Assembly (NCBI GenBank): GCA_020848475.1
Contig: JADKZZ010000052.1
Span: 1-53,599, forward strand
DNA length: 53,599 bases
Reading direction: 5' to 3'
Source: Chitinophagales bacterium
GTDB taxonomy: Bacteria; Bacteroidota; Bacteroidia; Chitinophagales; JADIYW01
A model generated the notes under the pieces. The model saw only the letters and a list, made by a program, of their open reading frames with translations. It ran no database searches and was not told where the DNA came from. Both the position numbers and the translations under genes were made by a program. This document shows, in pieces, positions 39,900-48,398 of the stretch. Positions within the stretch are counted from its first letter, which is position 1. Each line of letters opens with the position of its first letter.

Positions 39900-41354
39900 A
39901 TGGAAAAAAACACTTTCGATGTTATTATTATGGGTGCCGGACTATCTGGTATTGGCACTGCCTATCACTTGCAAGAAAACTGCAAAGGTAAATCATATAT
40001 AATTTTAGAAAACAGACCATCATTGGGTGGTACATGGGATTTATTTAGGTATCCAGGCATTCGTTCTGATTCAGATATGTTCACCTTAGGCTATAGCTTT
40101 AAACCTTGGAAATATAACGAAGCTATTGCTGATGGTAGTTTAATCTTGAATTATATCAAAGAAACTGCAAGTGAAAATGGTATAGACAAGCACATTCGTT
40201 TTAACACAAAAATTAATAGTGCAGACTGGGACAGTACGACAAATAGATGGACTATCACTTGCACAGATAATAAAACAAATAAAACAAAGACGTTTACTGC
40301 AAAATATGTCATTTCTTGTATGGGTTATTATAATTACGAGAAAGGACATCGCCCAAAATTTGAAGGGGAAAAGAAATTTAAAGGTGATATCATTCATCCA
40401 CAATTTTGGCCGGAGAATTATGACTATTCAGGTAAAGACGTTGTCATCATTGGCAGTGGTGCAACTGCTGTAACGCTCGTGCCGGCAATGGCCGATAAAG
40501 CTAAGAGTGTAACCATGTTACAACGCTCTCCGACATATATTGCTTCCATTCCAAACAGAAGCTTAATTCCTCAGCAATTACTAAAGAATTTGCCTACAAA
40601 AGTACAGTATGGTTTAAACAGAGCTGCACAAATAGGCTTACAAGTTACTAGCTATAATCTTTGCCAAAGTCAGCCTGAATTAATGAAAATGTACTTCAGA
40701 GACCATGTAAAACGCCAGCTACCAAAAGGCTATGACATTGAAAAACATTTTACACCAAAATACAATCCTTGGGACGAAAGATTGTGTGCAGTGCCCAATG
40801 GAGATTTATTTAAAGCAATACGATCTGGTAAAGCAAATGTGGTCACAGATCATATAGAGAAATTTGTCGAAGATGGCATCATGTTGGAATCTGGTAAAAA
40901 ATTAAAAGCAGATATAATTGTAACAGCAACTGGCTTAGAATTACAAATGTTAGGTGGTATTAAAGCCTCTATTGATGGTAAAGAATTTAAAGCATCTGAT
41001 GGCATTGTTTATAAAGGTTTAATGATAAAAGATATTCCTAATTTTGCTTTTGTATTAGGCTATACGAATTCATCATGGACTTTAAAATCTGATATGGTAG
41101 GCGAGTACTTCTGCCGATTGATAAACGAAACAGAACGCAAAGGAAAAAATGCTTTCGTGGTAAAGTCAAATAAGCCAATTGAAAGAGAACCAGCTTTAAA
41201 CTTTGGTGCTGGCTATGTACAACGTGCTATTCAAGCAGGCGTACTTCCAAGTCAAGGCGTAGAATATCCTTGGAAGCTAAAACAAAATTATTTATTAGAT
41301 GCTGCTAATTTTAAATTTCGCAGTATTCACGATAAATACTTGAAATTTACTTAA
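39900..41354 (+). CDS. flavin-containing (type I Baeyer-Villiger-like) monooxygenase
   Basis: GAGLSG (FAD), GGTWDLFRYPGIRSDS, exact BVMO fingerprint FKGDIIHPQFWP (FxGxxxHxxxWP), GSGATA (NADPH). Confidence 0.8.
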   Translation: MEKNTFDVIIMGAGLSGIGTAYHLQENCKGKSYIILENRPSLGGTWDLFRYPGIRSDSDMFTLGYSFKPWKYNEAIADGSLILNYIKETASENGIDKHIRFNTKINSADWDSTTNRWTITCTDNKTNKTKTFTAKYVISCMGYYNYEKGHRPKFEGEKKFKGDIIHPQFWPENYDYSGKDVVIIGSGATAVTLVPAMADKAKSVTMLQRSPTYIASIPNRSLIPQQLLKNLPTKVQYGLNRAAQIGLQVTSYNLCQSQPELMKMYFRDHVKRQLPKGYDIEKHFTPKYNPWDERLCAVPNGDLFKAIRSGKANVVTDHIEKFVEDGIMLESGKKLKADIIVTATGLELQMLGGIKASIDGKEFKASDGIVYKGLMIKDIPNFAFVLGYTNSSWTLKSDMVGEYFCRLINETERKGKNAFVVKSNKPIEREPALNFGAGYVQRAIQAGVLPSQGVEYPWKLKQNYLLDAANFKFRSIHDKYLKFT

Positions 41355-41376
41355 GCGTATTTTTTATCCAATATCA

Positions 41377-41407
41377 AATGTCAATCTTTATGATTGGCAT
41401 TTTTTTA
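41377..41407 (+). terminator. intrinsic terminator after the monooxygenase gene
   Basis: AATGTCAATC-TTTAT-GATTGGCATT (one G:U pair) followed by a T7 run. Confidence 0.65.
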
Positions 41408-41496
41408 TTTAATGCAATTAATAAGCATTAAATTAATGTGGATTACGCTAATCATACTTACTGCTTATATTTTTTTGCAAAAAAAAAGTATTCGCT

Positions 41497-41504
41497 TATC
41501 TTTG
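41497..41504 (+). promoter_or_regulatory. -7 promoter box TATCTTTG
   Basis: Exact match 40 nt upstream of the YebC-family ATG. Confidence 0.45.
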
Positions 41505-41543
41505 CATTCTAATTAATTCACATAATAAGATTATTATATTTTT

Positions 41544-42254
41544 ATGGGTCGCGCGTTTGAATATCGAAAAGCAGCTAAGTTTGCTCGCTGGGACAGAATG
41601 GCTAAGGCATTTACAAGAGCTGGAAGAGAAATTGCTATGGCAATAAAATCTGGAGGGCCAAGTCCAGATACAAATGCCAATTTACGTAGAGCTATACAAA
41701 ATGCCAAAGCAGCTCAAATGCCTAAAGACAGGATAGAAGCAGCTATAAAACGCGCCTCATCTACGGATACAAAAGGCTTTAGCGAAGTGGTTTATGAGGC
41801 AATGGGACCGCATGCTACAGCTATTGTAATTGAAACTGCCACAGATAACCCAACTAGAACTGTCGCAAATTTACGTGCTATTTTAAATAAAAATGGTGGT
41901 TCAATGGGCACACAAGGAATGCATGATTTTATCTTTGAACGTAAAGGTGTTTTTAAAATTTCTGCAGCTAATGTCGATGCAGAAGAATTAGAATTTGAAC
42001 TGATTGATGCTGGATTGGATAGCATGGAAAAAACAGAAGATAATCACCTTATTTTATATACAAAATTTGCTGATTTCGGCTCTCTGCAAAAAGCCTTAGA
42101 AGACAAAAATATTGAAGTAGTGAGCGCTGAACTTCAACGTATTCCAACCATTAATAAAGAACTCAACGAAGAACAAACAGATGAAGTGCTAGAGCTAATT
42201 GATAAATTGGAGCAAGACGATGACGTGCAAACTGTCTTTCATAATCTAGCGTAG
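41544..42254 (+). CDS. YebC/PmpR family DNA-binding regulator
   Basis: MGRAFEYRKAAKFARWDRMAKAFTR...IKRA... is the canonical family N-terminus. 236 aa. Confidence 0.9.
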   Translation: MGRAFEYRKAAKFARWDRMAKAFTRAGREIAMAIKSGGPSPDTNANLRRAIQNAKAAQMPKDRIEAAIKRASSTDTKGFSEVVYEAMGPHATAIVIETATDNPTRTVANLRAILNKNGGSMGTQGMHDFIFERKGVFKISAANVDAEELEFELIDAGLDSMEKTEDNHLILYTKFADFGSLQKALEDKNIEVVSAELQRIPTINKELNEEQTDEVLELIDKLEQDDDVQTVFHNLA

Positions 42255-42443
42255 TTTATACTTTCCGTTATATTTTCTTGACAGCACGAATTTTATTTCA
42301 GTTTTATTTGCCAATCTTTAATATGTTTTACTCTAGTATATTTTAAGATGACGATTTTTTTCGTTAATTTATATTAATATTTTTCTAGTTTTCAATATGC
42401 TGTAGGAAATTTCGTTTTCCTTTCAAGCAAACCAATCCATATT

Positions 42444-43286
42444 ATGAAAACCAACTTCACAAAAACAGCTATTTATAGCTTCTTTGTTTTTGCATTATTC
42501 ACACAATGCAAACAAAAATCAGATAATGCTGCCTATTCAAGAAATGATGCAGTAGCCATGCAGAAAGAGGAAATAGCAATAGACGCAAGCGCTGCACCAA
42601 CCAATACAAGCGCAACAATACCAAGCCAAAGCGCTGATTCTTCCATTCAACGCATGCTTACTAAAGAAGCGACCTTGCGCTGGGAAACCTCCAATATCGA
42701 TAAAACTCATGCTACAATTATTGAGCATTCAAAAAAAATGAATGCTTATATCGCTAATGACAATCAAACGCGTACGGAATATGAAATTACCAATGAAATG
42801 TTGTTGCGAATTCCATCAGATAAGCTTGATGATTTTTTGACAAGCATAGAAAATGAGGTGACAAAATTTGATGAAAAAAGAATAGATGTTGTTGATGTAA
42901 CAGAAGAATATATTGATGTTGCTGCACGTATGAAAACAAAGAAAGAACTAGAACAGCATTATTATGACTTATTAAAACAAACCAAAAATGTTGCTGAAGT
43001 ATTACAAGTCGAACAGCAATTGAATAATGTGCGCGCTGAAATTGAAAGTGCAGAAGGCAGATTGAAATATCTAAAAGATAAAGTAAATATGAGCACCTTA
43101 CATCTTACTTTTTATGAAACGACATCAGCGCCAGTTGGTTTCTTTGGCGAAATAGGAAAAAGTTTCGTCTCAGGTTGGAAAGGCTTCTTGTATTTTATAT
43201 TAGGCATTATTCGTGCATGGCCAATTTTATTGATTATTACACTCGTCTCAATGTATTTAATTCGCAAAAGAAGAAAGCTAAAATGA
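42444..43286 (+). CDS. lipoprotein with coiled coil and C-terminal TM anchor (DUF4349-like)
   Basis: Lipobox FTQC, central coiled coil (LQVEQQLNNVRAEIESAEGRLKYLKDK), two C-terminal TM segments. Confidence 0.55.
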   Translation: MKTNFTKTAIYSFFVFALFTQCKQKSDNAAYSRNDAVAMQKEEIAIDASAAPTNTSATIPSQSADSSIQRMLTKEATLRWETSNIDKTHATIIEHSKKMNAYIANDNQTRTEYEITNEMLLRIPSDKLDDFLTSIENEVTKFDEKRIDVVDVTEEYIDVAARMKTKKELEQHYYDLLKQTKNVAEVLQVEQQLNNVRAEIESAEGRLKYLKDKVNMSTLHLTFYETTSAPVGFFGEIGKSFVSGWKGFLYFILGIIRAWPILLIITLVSMYLIRKRRKLK

Positions 43287-43379
43287 TAAATATGCTGTAT
43301 TTTTTGACTGTATAAATGATGCAAATCAATAATTTCTTATTAAAGAAATGCTTAATTTTGTATTTCAAAATATTGTCAA

Positions 43380-43862
43380 ATGAATAAGGAATATAAACAA
43401 TATCCAGACGATGCAATGGTTTGGGTTTATCAATCCAATAGATTTTTAAAAGAAGAAGAAAAACAGCATATTGAGAATAAAGTCAAATCTTTTATTGCAC
43501 AATGGGAATCGCACGGCAGCTCGGTGAAAGGAACCTACACATTATTACACGACGCCTTTGTAGTTATCTTTGCTGATGGCGAAGGTCAAATGCTTTGCGG
43601 CAGAGCACAATCAGCATCTGTGGCCTTGATGAAAGAATTAGAAAACGAATTACAAATTCCATTTGTTGACAGAATGAATCTAAGTTATAAAGTAGGTGAG
43701 CAGATACATTTCATCAACTTCAACGATTTGAAAAACCTTTATAACAATGGTGTTATTTATGATGATTCTTTGGTGTTTGATAATACCATTATCACTAAGA
43801 AAGATTTTGATAATAAATGGCTTTGTGCGTTTGAAAATAGTTGGCACAAAAGATATGTGTAA
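43380..43862 (+). CDS. conserved hypothetical cytoplasmic protein
   Basis: 160 aa. The VWVYQSNR....F...WESHG pattern resembles a Bacteroidota family I recall as often mislabelled 'ABC transporter ATPase'. It has no ATPase motifs. Confidence 0.5.
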   Translation: MNKEYKQYPDDAMVWVYQSNRFLKEEEKQHIENKVKSFIAQWESHGSSVKGTYTLLHDAFVVIFADGEGQMLCGRAQSASVALMKELENELQIPFVDRMNLSYKVGEQIHFINFNDLKNLYNNGVIYDDSLVFDNTIITKKDFDNKWLCAFENSWHKRYV

Positions 43863-44047
43863 GCGCACTAAGTGAAAAATACAATTGCCGACTCATTTTA
43901 AAATCAGTAATTTGAAATGTGTTTTTGCCAAAATCAGCAGGTTTATTTTTGATTTGTACTCAAATCTGCATTAAATTAAATGTAATCTTTCCTAGGTTAA
44001 TTGTCTGCTAAGAAAATAATCTTATTTTCGTTTAAATAAATGAAAGT

Positions 44048-45040
44048 ATGAAAGCAGAAATAAAAAGCATCTACGATGCACATGTGGCATTTGAATTATC
44101 ACAATTTGACAAAAAACAACTTAAGGCAAATATTAAAGAAGAAATTGCTGCTGCATGGAAATGGTTAGATACTGTAAAACTTGATGATGTAGCCTCTGTT
44201 GATGCTGTAATTTCATTTGAAGAACGCAATATTAAAGAGCGCAAACTCACTAAACATCAAAAAGAATATATCGTTGAACTGTCTGAGTCTATTCATGAAT
44301 TAGCATTAAAAAGTAAACATACCGTAGCCGATTTTATAAATGAAGATTCATTTAATGACATCGCCGAAAAAATTATTTCACAAAAAGAAATGCGCGAGCG
44401 CATTATCAAAGACATAGTGAACAATCCTTTTTATGGTGAAATGATTGCAGACACTTTATATGACGGCATTAAATCGTTCGCAGCACAAAGTGGCCCAAGT
44501 AATGAAACAGTGGGCGGCTCTTTGTTCAATATAGGCAAAGGCATTTTAGGTGCGGCTTTATCTGGCGTATCTGATACAATAGATAAAAATATCAAAAAAT
44601 TTATTGCAGATAATTTGCAAAAATCGATTGCTAAAAGTGAGAAAACGCTAAAAGAAAAATTAAGCGATGCACAATTGCACAAAATGGCAAAAAATCTCTG
44701 GGAAAAACTCGAAGAAACAAAGGTAAAAGACTTGGCAAAAGGCGTGAAGTTGACAGATAAAGACAGAGCAGCAATTGTTACTTCTGCGGAAAAGGCTATT
44801 CATATTGCAATTAACAGCGAGCCAATATCAGAATTAAATGAACATGTATTGACGCACTTCTTCGAACATTCAGGTAAGAAATCTATCGCACAAATCTTAG
44901 AAGATAATGGCATTACAGAAAAAATTGTCATCAAAGAAGCTGATGAATTTCTAATACCATATATCGAAGTAGCGCTGAAAGACGGTTTCTTAAAATCCAG
45001 AATCGAAGCTCGTTTACATAAGTTTTATTCTACGTTGTAA
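44048..45040 (+). CDS. hypothetical helical protein
   Basis: 330 aa, Lys/Glu-rich helices with a central Gly-rich hydrophobic patch GGSLFNIGKGILGAALSGV. No recognised motif. Confidence 0.5.
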   Translation: MKAEIKSIYDAHVAFELSQFDKKQLKANIKEEIAAAWKWLDTVKLDDVASVDAVISFEERNIKERKLTKHQKEYIVELSESIHELALKSKHTVADFINEDSFNDIAEKIISQKEMRERIIKDIVNNPFYGEMIADTLYDGIKSFAAQSGPSNETVGGSLFNIGKGILGAALSGVSDTIDKNIKKFIADNLQKSIAKSEKTLKEKLSDAQLHKMAKNLWEKLEETKVKDLAKGVKLTDKDRAAIVTSAEKAIHIAINSEPISELNEHVLTHFFEHSGKKSIAQILEDNGITEKIVIKEADEFLIPYIEVALKDGFLKSRIEARLHKFYSTL

Positions 45041-45111
45041 GTTTGTTTGTGGATAAAAATCATGTGATATAGATTTTATAGCTACTATTTTTATGGAAAT
45101 TTCAAAATCAA

Positions 45112-45636
45112 ATGATTACAATTTTCCACGGTACTGCACGTCCAAATAGTAATTCACGTAAAATTGCCGATTTTTACAGCGAATTATTAGGTAGCAAAAA
45201 CATAGCACATCAATTTTTTACATTAGAAAATGTAGAAGCAGATACGTTTAATAAAACATTTCACAATGAAAAATCTGCACAGCAATTAATGATTGAAGAG
45301 CAAATACTTGCACCTACATCAAAATATATTTTTATTGTGCCAGAATATAACGGAAGTTTTCCTGGTATGTTTAAAGGTTTTATAGACTCGTGCAATGTGA
45401 AAAATTGCTTCCACAATAAAAAAGCAAGCTTGACAGGTGTTGCAGAAGGTAGAGCCGGCAACTTGCGTGGCATCGAGCACCTTACAAATATTTTCAATCA
45501 CATGAAGATGAATGTACTGCATTTTAAAATTCCAATCTCACAAGTACACTTGATGTTAGACGAAAATGGCAAACTTAGCAATCCAGAAATAGTACGACTC
45601 ATCGATATGCAAATAGATTTATTGTTAGATTTCTAA
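45112..45636 (+). CDS. NAD(P)H-dependent FMN reductase-like flavoprotein
   Basis: ITIFHGTARPNSNSRKIA and VPEYNGSFPGMFKGFID are typical of the flavodoxin-like FMN reductase family. Confidence 0.75.
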   Translation: MITIFHGTARPNSNSRKIADFYSELLGSKNIAHQFFTLENVEADTFNKTFHNEKSAQQLMIEEQILAPTSKYIFIVPEYNGSFPGMFKGFIDSCNVKNCFHNKKASLTGVAEGRAGNLRGIEHLTNIFNHMKMNVLHFKIPISQVHLMLDENGKLSNPEIVRLIDMQIDLLLDF

Positions 45637-45640
45637 ATAG

Positions 45641-47263
45641 ATGAACAACTACGTTAAGTATATAATTATTGTTGCGTTTGCCAATATTTTATTGACTCGT
45701 TGCGATTCAGCTGCGACCTCAAAAAATGATGTATTTCACATGAATATTTCTGCTGGATTAACATCATTAGATCCAGCCTTTTCTAAAGATCAAGCTACCA
45801 TGTGGTGCGACAATCAATTATATAATGGTTTAGTGCAAATTGATGAGCAACTAAATGTACAGCCTTGTATTGCTAAATATTGGAAAATTAGTGCTGATGG
45901 TCTTTTATATGAGTTTACACTACGCAATGATGTGTATTTTCATGACCATGAAAAATTTGAAAATGGCAAAGGAAGAAAAGTCACTGCACATGATTTTGTG
46001 TATTCTTTTAATCGTCTAATTGATTCAACAGTAGCATCGACTGGTGGATGGCTATTTAATGATAAAATAGACAAATCAAATCCGTTCACAGCAATAAATG
46101 ATACGACGTTTCAGATACATTTAAAAACACCATTTTTTCCAATGTTAGGCATGCTAACTTTACAATACTGCTCTGTAGTACCTAAAGAAGTAGCTGATTT
46201 TTATGGAAAAGATTTTCGCAAGCATCCAGTCGGAACAGGACCATTTAAGTTTGTACGCTGGGAAGAAAACAATGTGCTCATTTTAACTAAAAATCAAAAC
46301 TATTTTGAAAAGGATAGTACAGGCCAGCAATTGCCGTATTTACAAGGTGTTCGCATAAGTTTTATCTCCGATAAAGGCATTGAATTTTTACAATTTTCTC
46401 AAAAGAAATTAGAGTTTATAACAGGCTTAGATATTGCCTACAAAGATAAACTATTAACACGTGAAGGCGAATTGCAAGCAGCGTGGAAAGATAAAATTAA
46501 GTTCGAGAAAATGCCCTATTTGAATACAGAATATTTAGGAATTTCAATGGCGAAACAACCTTGTAAGGCATTAAAAAATAAGAAAGTAAGACAGGCCATC
46601 AATTATGCAATCGACAGAAAAAAAATGATAACTTATCTGCGAAATGGCATCGGCACTCCTGCAGAAAATGGCATGATTCCCAAAGGCATTCCTTGTTATA
46701 ATGCAAACATAGTGAAAGGCTATACATACAATATAGATAAAGCAAAACAATTACTGGCAGAAGCTGGTTATCCGAATGGAAAAGGCATCGGCGAAATTAA
46801 AATATATTCCAATCCAACGTATAGTGATTTGATAACGTATATTGCCAATGAGCTCGCAAATATTGGTATTTCATGTAAGATTGAAAATACACCTGCCACT
46901 TTTCTCCGAGAAGCGATGCGTAAAAATGAAGTGGAATTTTTTAGAGCATCTTGGATTGGCGATTATCCTGATGGTGAAAATTATCTGACTTTATTTTATG
47001 GTAAAAATGGTGCTCCACCTAATTATACTTTCTTTAAAAATGAAAAATTTGATAAGTTATATGAAGCAGCCATGCGAGAAACTAATCAAAGTACATCGTG
47101 CCAATTATATCATGAAATGGAACAGCTTATCATTGAAGAAGCACCTGTAGTTCCTTTGTTTTATGATGAAGTCACACGTTTTGTACACAATCATGTTGTT
47201 GGATTAAAACCCAATGCGATGAACTTGGTTGTTTTAAAAGAAGTAAAATTGAAAGATAAATAG
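45641..47263 (+). CDS. ABC-type substrate-binding protein, family 5 (peptide/nickel type)
   Basis: Lipoprotein-like signal LLTRC. 540 aa. GTGPFKFVRWEENN and SWIGDYPD motifs of SBP_bac_5. Confidence 0.75.
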   Translation: MNNYVKYIIIVAFANILLTRCDSAATSKNDVFHMNISAGLTSLDPAFSKDQATMWCDNQLYNGLVQIDEQLNVQPCIAKYWKISADGLLYEFTLRNDVYFHDHEKFENGKGRKVTAHDFVYSFNRLIDSTVASTGGWLFNDKIDKSNPFTAINDTTFQIHLKTPFFPMLGMLTLQYCSVVPKEVADFYGKDFRKHPVGTGPFKFVRWEENNVLILTKNQNYFEKDSTGQQLPYLQGVRISFISDKGIEFLQFSQKKLEFITGLDIAYKDKLLTREGELQAAWKDKIKFEKMPYLNTEYLGISMAKQPCKALKNKKVRQAINYAIDRKKMITYLRNGIGTPAENGMIPKGIPCYNANIVKGYTYNIDKAKQLLAEAGYPNGKGIGEIKIYSNPTYSDLITYIANELANIGISCKIENTPATFLREAMRKNEVEFFRASWIGDYPDGENYLTLFYGKNGAPPNYTFFKNEKFDKLYEAAMRETNQSTSCQLYHEMEQLIIEEAPVVPLFYDEVTRFVHNHVVGLKPNAMNLVVLKEVKLKDK

Positions 47264-47314
47264 CAATTTTTTTGAGTATAATTTTTTTGTATAATTTTCC
47301 AAAAATGCATTCCT

Positions 47315-48115
47315 ATGATTTCGAATATCATTAAAAATAAATCGACAAAGCTGTTCATTTTATTGGCTGGTTTTTTTATTACAAATGCTTTTATTGCGGA
47401 AGTAATTGGCGTTAAAATATTTTCATTAGAAGATACAATTGGAATAAATCCATTCGCCATTCCACTTTTTGGAAATACATTTTCATTTAATCTAACTGCT
47501 GGTGTTTTATTATGGCCAGTCGTGTTTATTATGACAGATATTATAAATGAATATTACGGCGAGCGTGGCGTTAAATTTTTATCTTATTTGACGGTTTGTT
47601 TATTAGCGTATGCTTTTTTCATGTATTACTTTGCTATACATTTAGTTCCGGCAAGTTGGTGGAATGGCTCAAAAGTAGAACAAGGTGTTCCAAATATGCA
47701 AGCCGCGTATGCACAAATATTTGGACAAGGTATCGCTATTATTATTGGTTCATTAGTGGCATTTTTAATAGGACAAATTGTCGATGTTGTTATCTTTCAT
47801 AAAATAAAACAATGGAGCGGTGAGAAATACATTTGGCTGAGAGCAACAGGTTCTACTATAGTTTCGCAGTTTATCGATAGTTTTGTTGTGTTAATGATTG
47901 CGTTTTATTGGTATCCAAAATATATCAGCGAAGCCAATGGAAAAGCATGGCCATTTGCCTTAGTGATGTCGATTTGTATAGGCAATTATATTTATAAATT
48001 TATTATCGCTGTTGTACTCACTCCAGTAATTTATATAGTGCATTATTTTATCGAAATCTATTTGGGAAAAGAAACTGCGACAGCCATGAAAAATGCTGCT
48101 TTGAAAGCCAAATAG
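47315..48115 (+). CDS. yhhQ: queuosine-precursor transporter (YhhQ/VUT family)
   Basis: 6-7 TM helices. WPVVFIMTDIINEYYG, GQIVDVVIFHKIK and RATGSTIVSQFIDSFV parallel the E. coli YhhQ motifs. Confidence 0.75.
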   Translation: MISNIIKNKSTKLFILLAGFFITNAFIAEVIGVKIFSLEDTIGINPFAIPLFGNTFSFNLTAGVLLWPVVFIMTDIINEYYGERGVKFLSYLTVCLLAYAFFMYYFAIHLVPASWWNGSKVEQGVPNMQAAYAQIFGQGIAIIIGSLVAFLIGQIVDVVIFHKIKQWSGEKYIWLRATGSTIVSQFIDSFVVLMIAFYWYPKYISEANGKAWPFALVMSICIGNYIYKFIIAVVLTPVIYIVHYFIEIYLGKETATAMKNAALKAK

Positions 48116-48194
48116 TATGATTTTTATCAGTCAACAATAATTTAAACATTACTTGTTCTTGGATATCTCAAATATGTTGTAATATTGCAAAGTA

Positions 48195-48360
48195 ATTTGG
48201 TTTTCGGTGTCATATCCGGAATTAAAAGGGAAACAAGTGTAAGTCTTGTACAATCCCAGTTGCTGTAAGCACACCTTATTAAATAAGGTATCGAACTACA
48301 ACCACTATTTCTTCGAAATGGGAAGGCTCGATAAAGTGTAAGTCAGAAGACCTGCCAATT
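48195..48360 (+). promoter_or_regulatory. cobalamin (B12) riboswitch
   Basis: AAAAGGGAAA (48224-48233), GTTGCTGTAAGC, ACCACT...GGGAAGGC (48320-48327) and the B12 box AGTCAGAAGACCTGCC (48341-48356). Closing helix TTGG/CCAA. It sits 39 nt upstream of a TonB-dependent receptor gene. Confidence 0.85.
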
Positions 48361-48398
48361 TTCATTAACTATTAAATGTTCTGAGGAAACATTTCAGT

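Noticed and set aside
47264-47314. Looked for a preQ1 riboswitch in front of the YhhQ queuosine-precursor transporter
   Set aside because: Only 51 nt of A/T-rich spacer is available. I see no hairpin-plus-A-rich-tail pattern resembling preQ1-I, II or III.
48383-48387. GAGGA as a functional Shine-Dalgarno for the TonB-dependent receptor
   Set aside because: The spacing to the ATG (11 nt) is long and the phylum generally does not use SD pairing. I keep it only as a note within the riboswitch finding.
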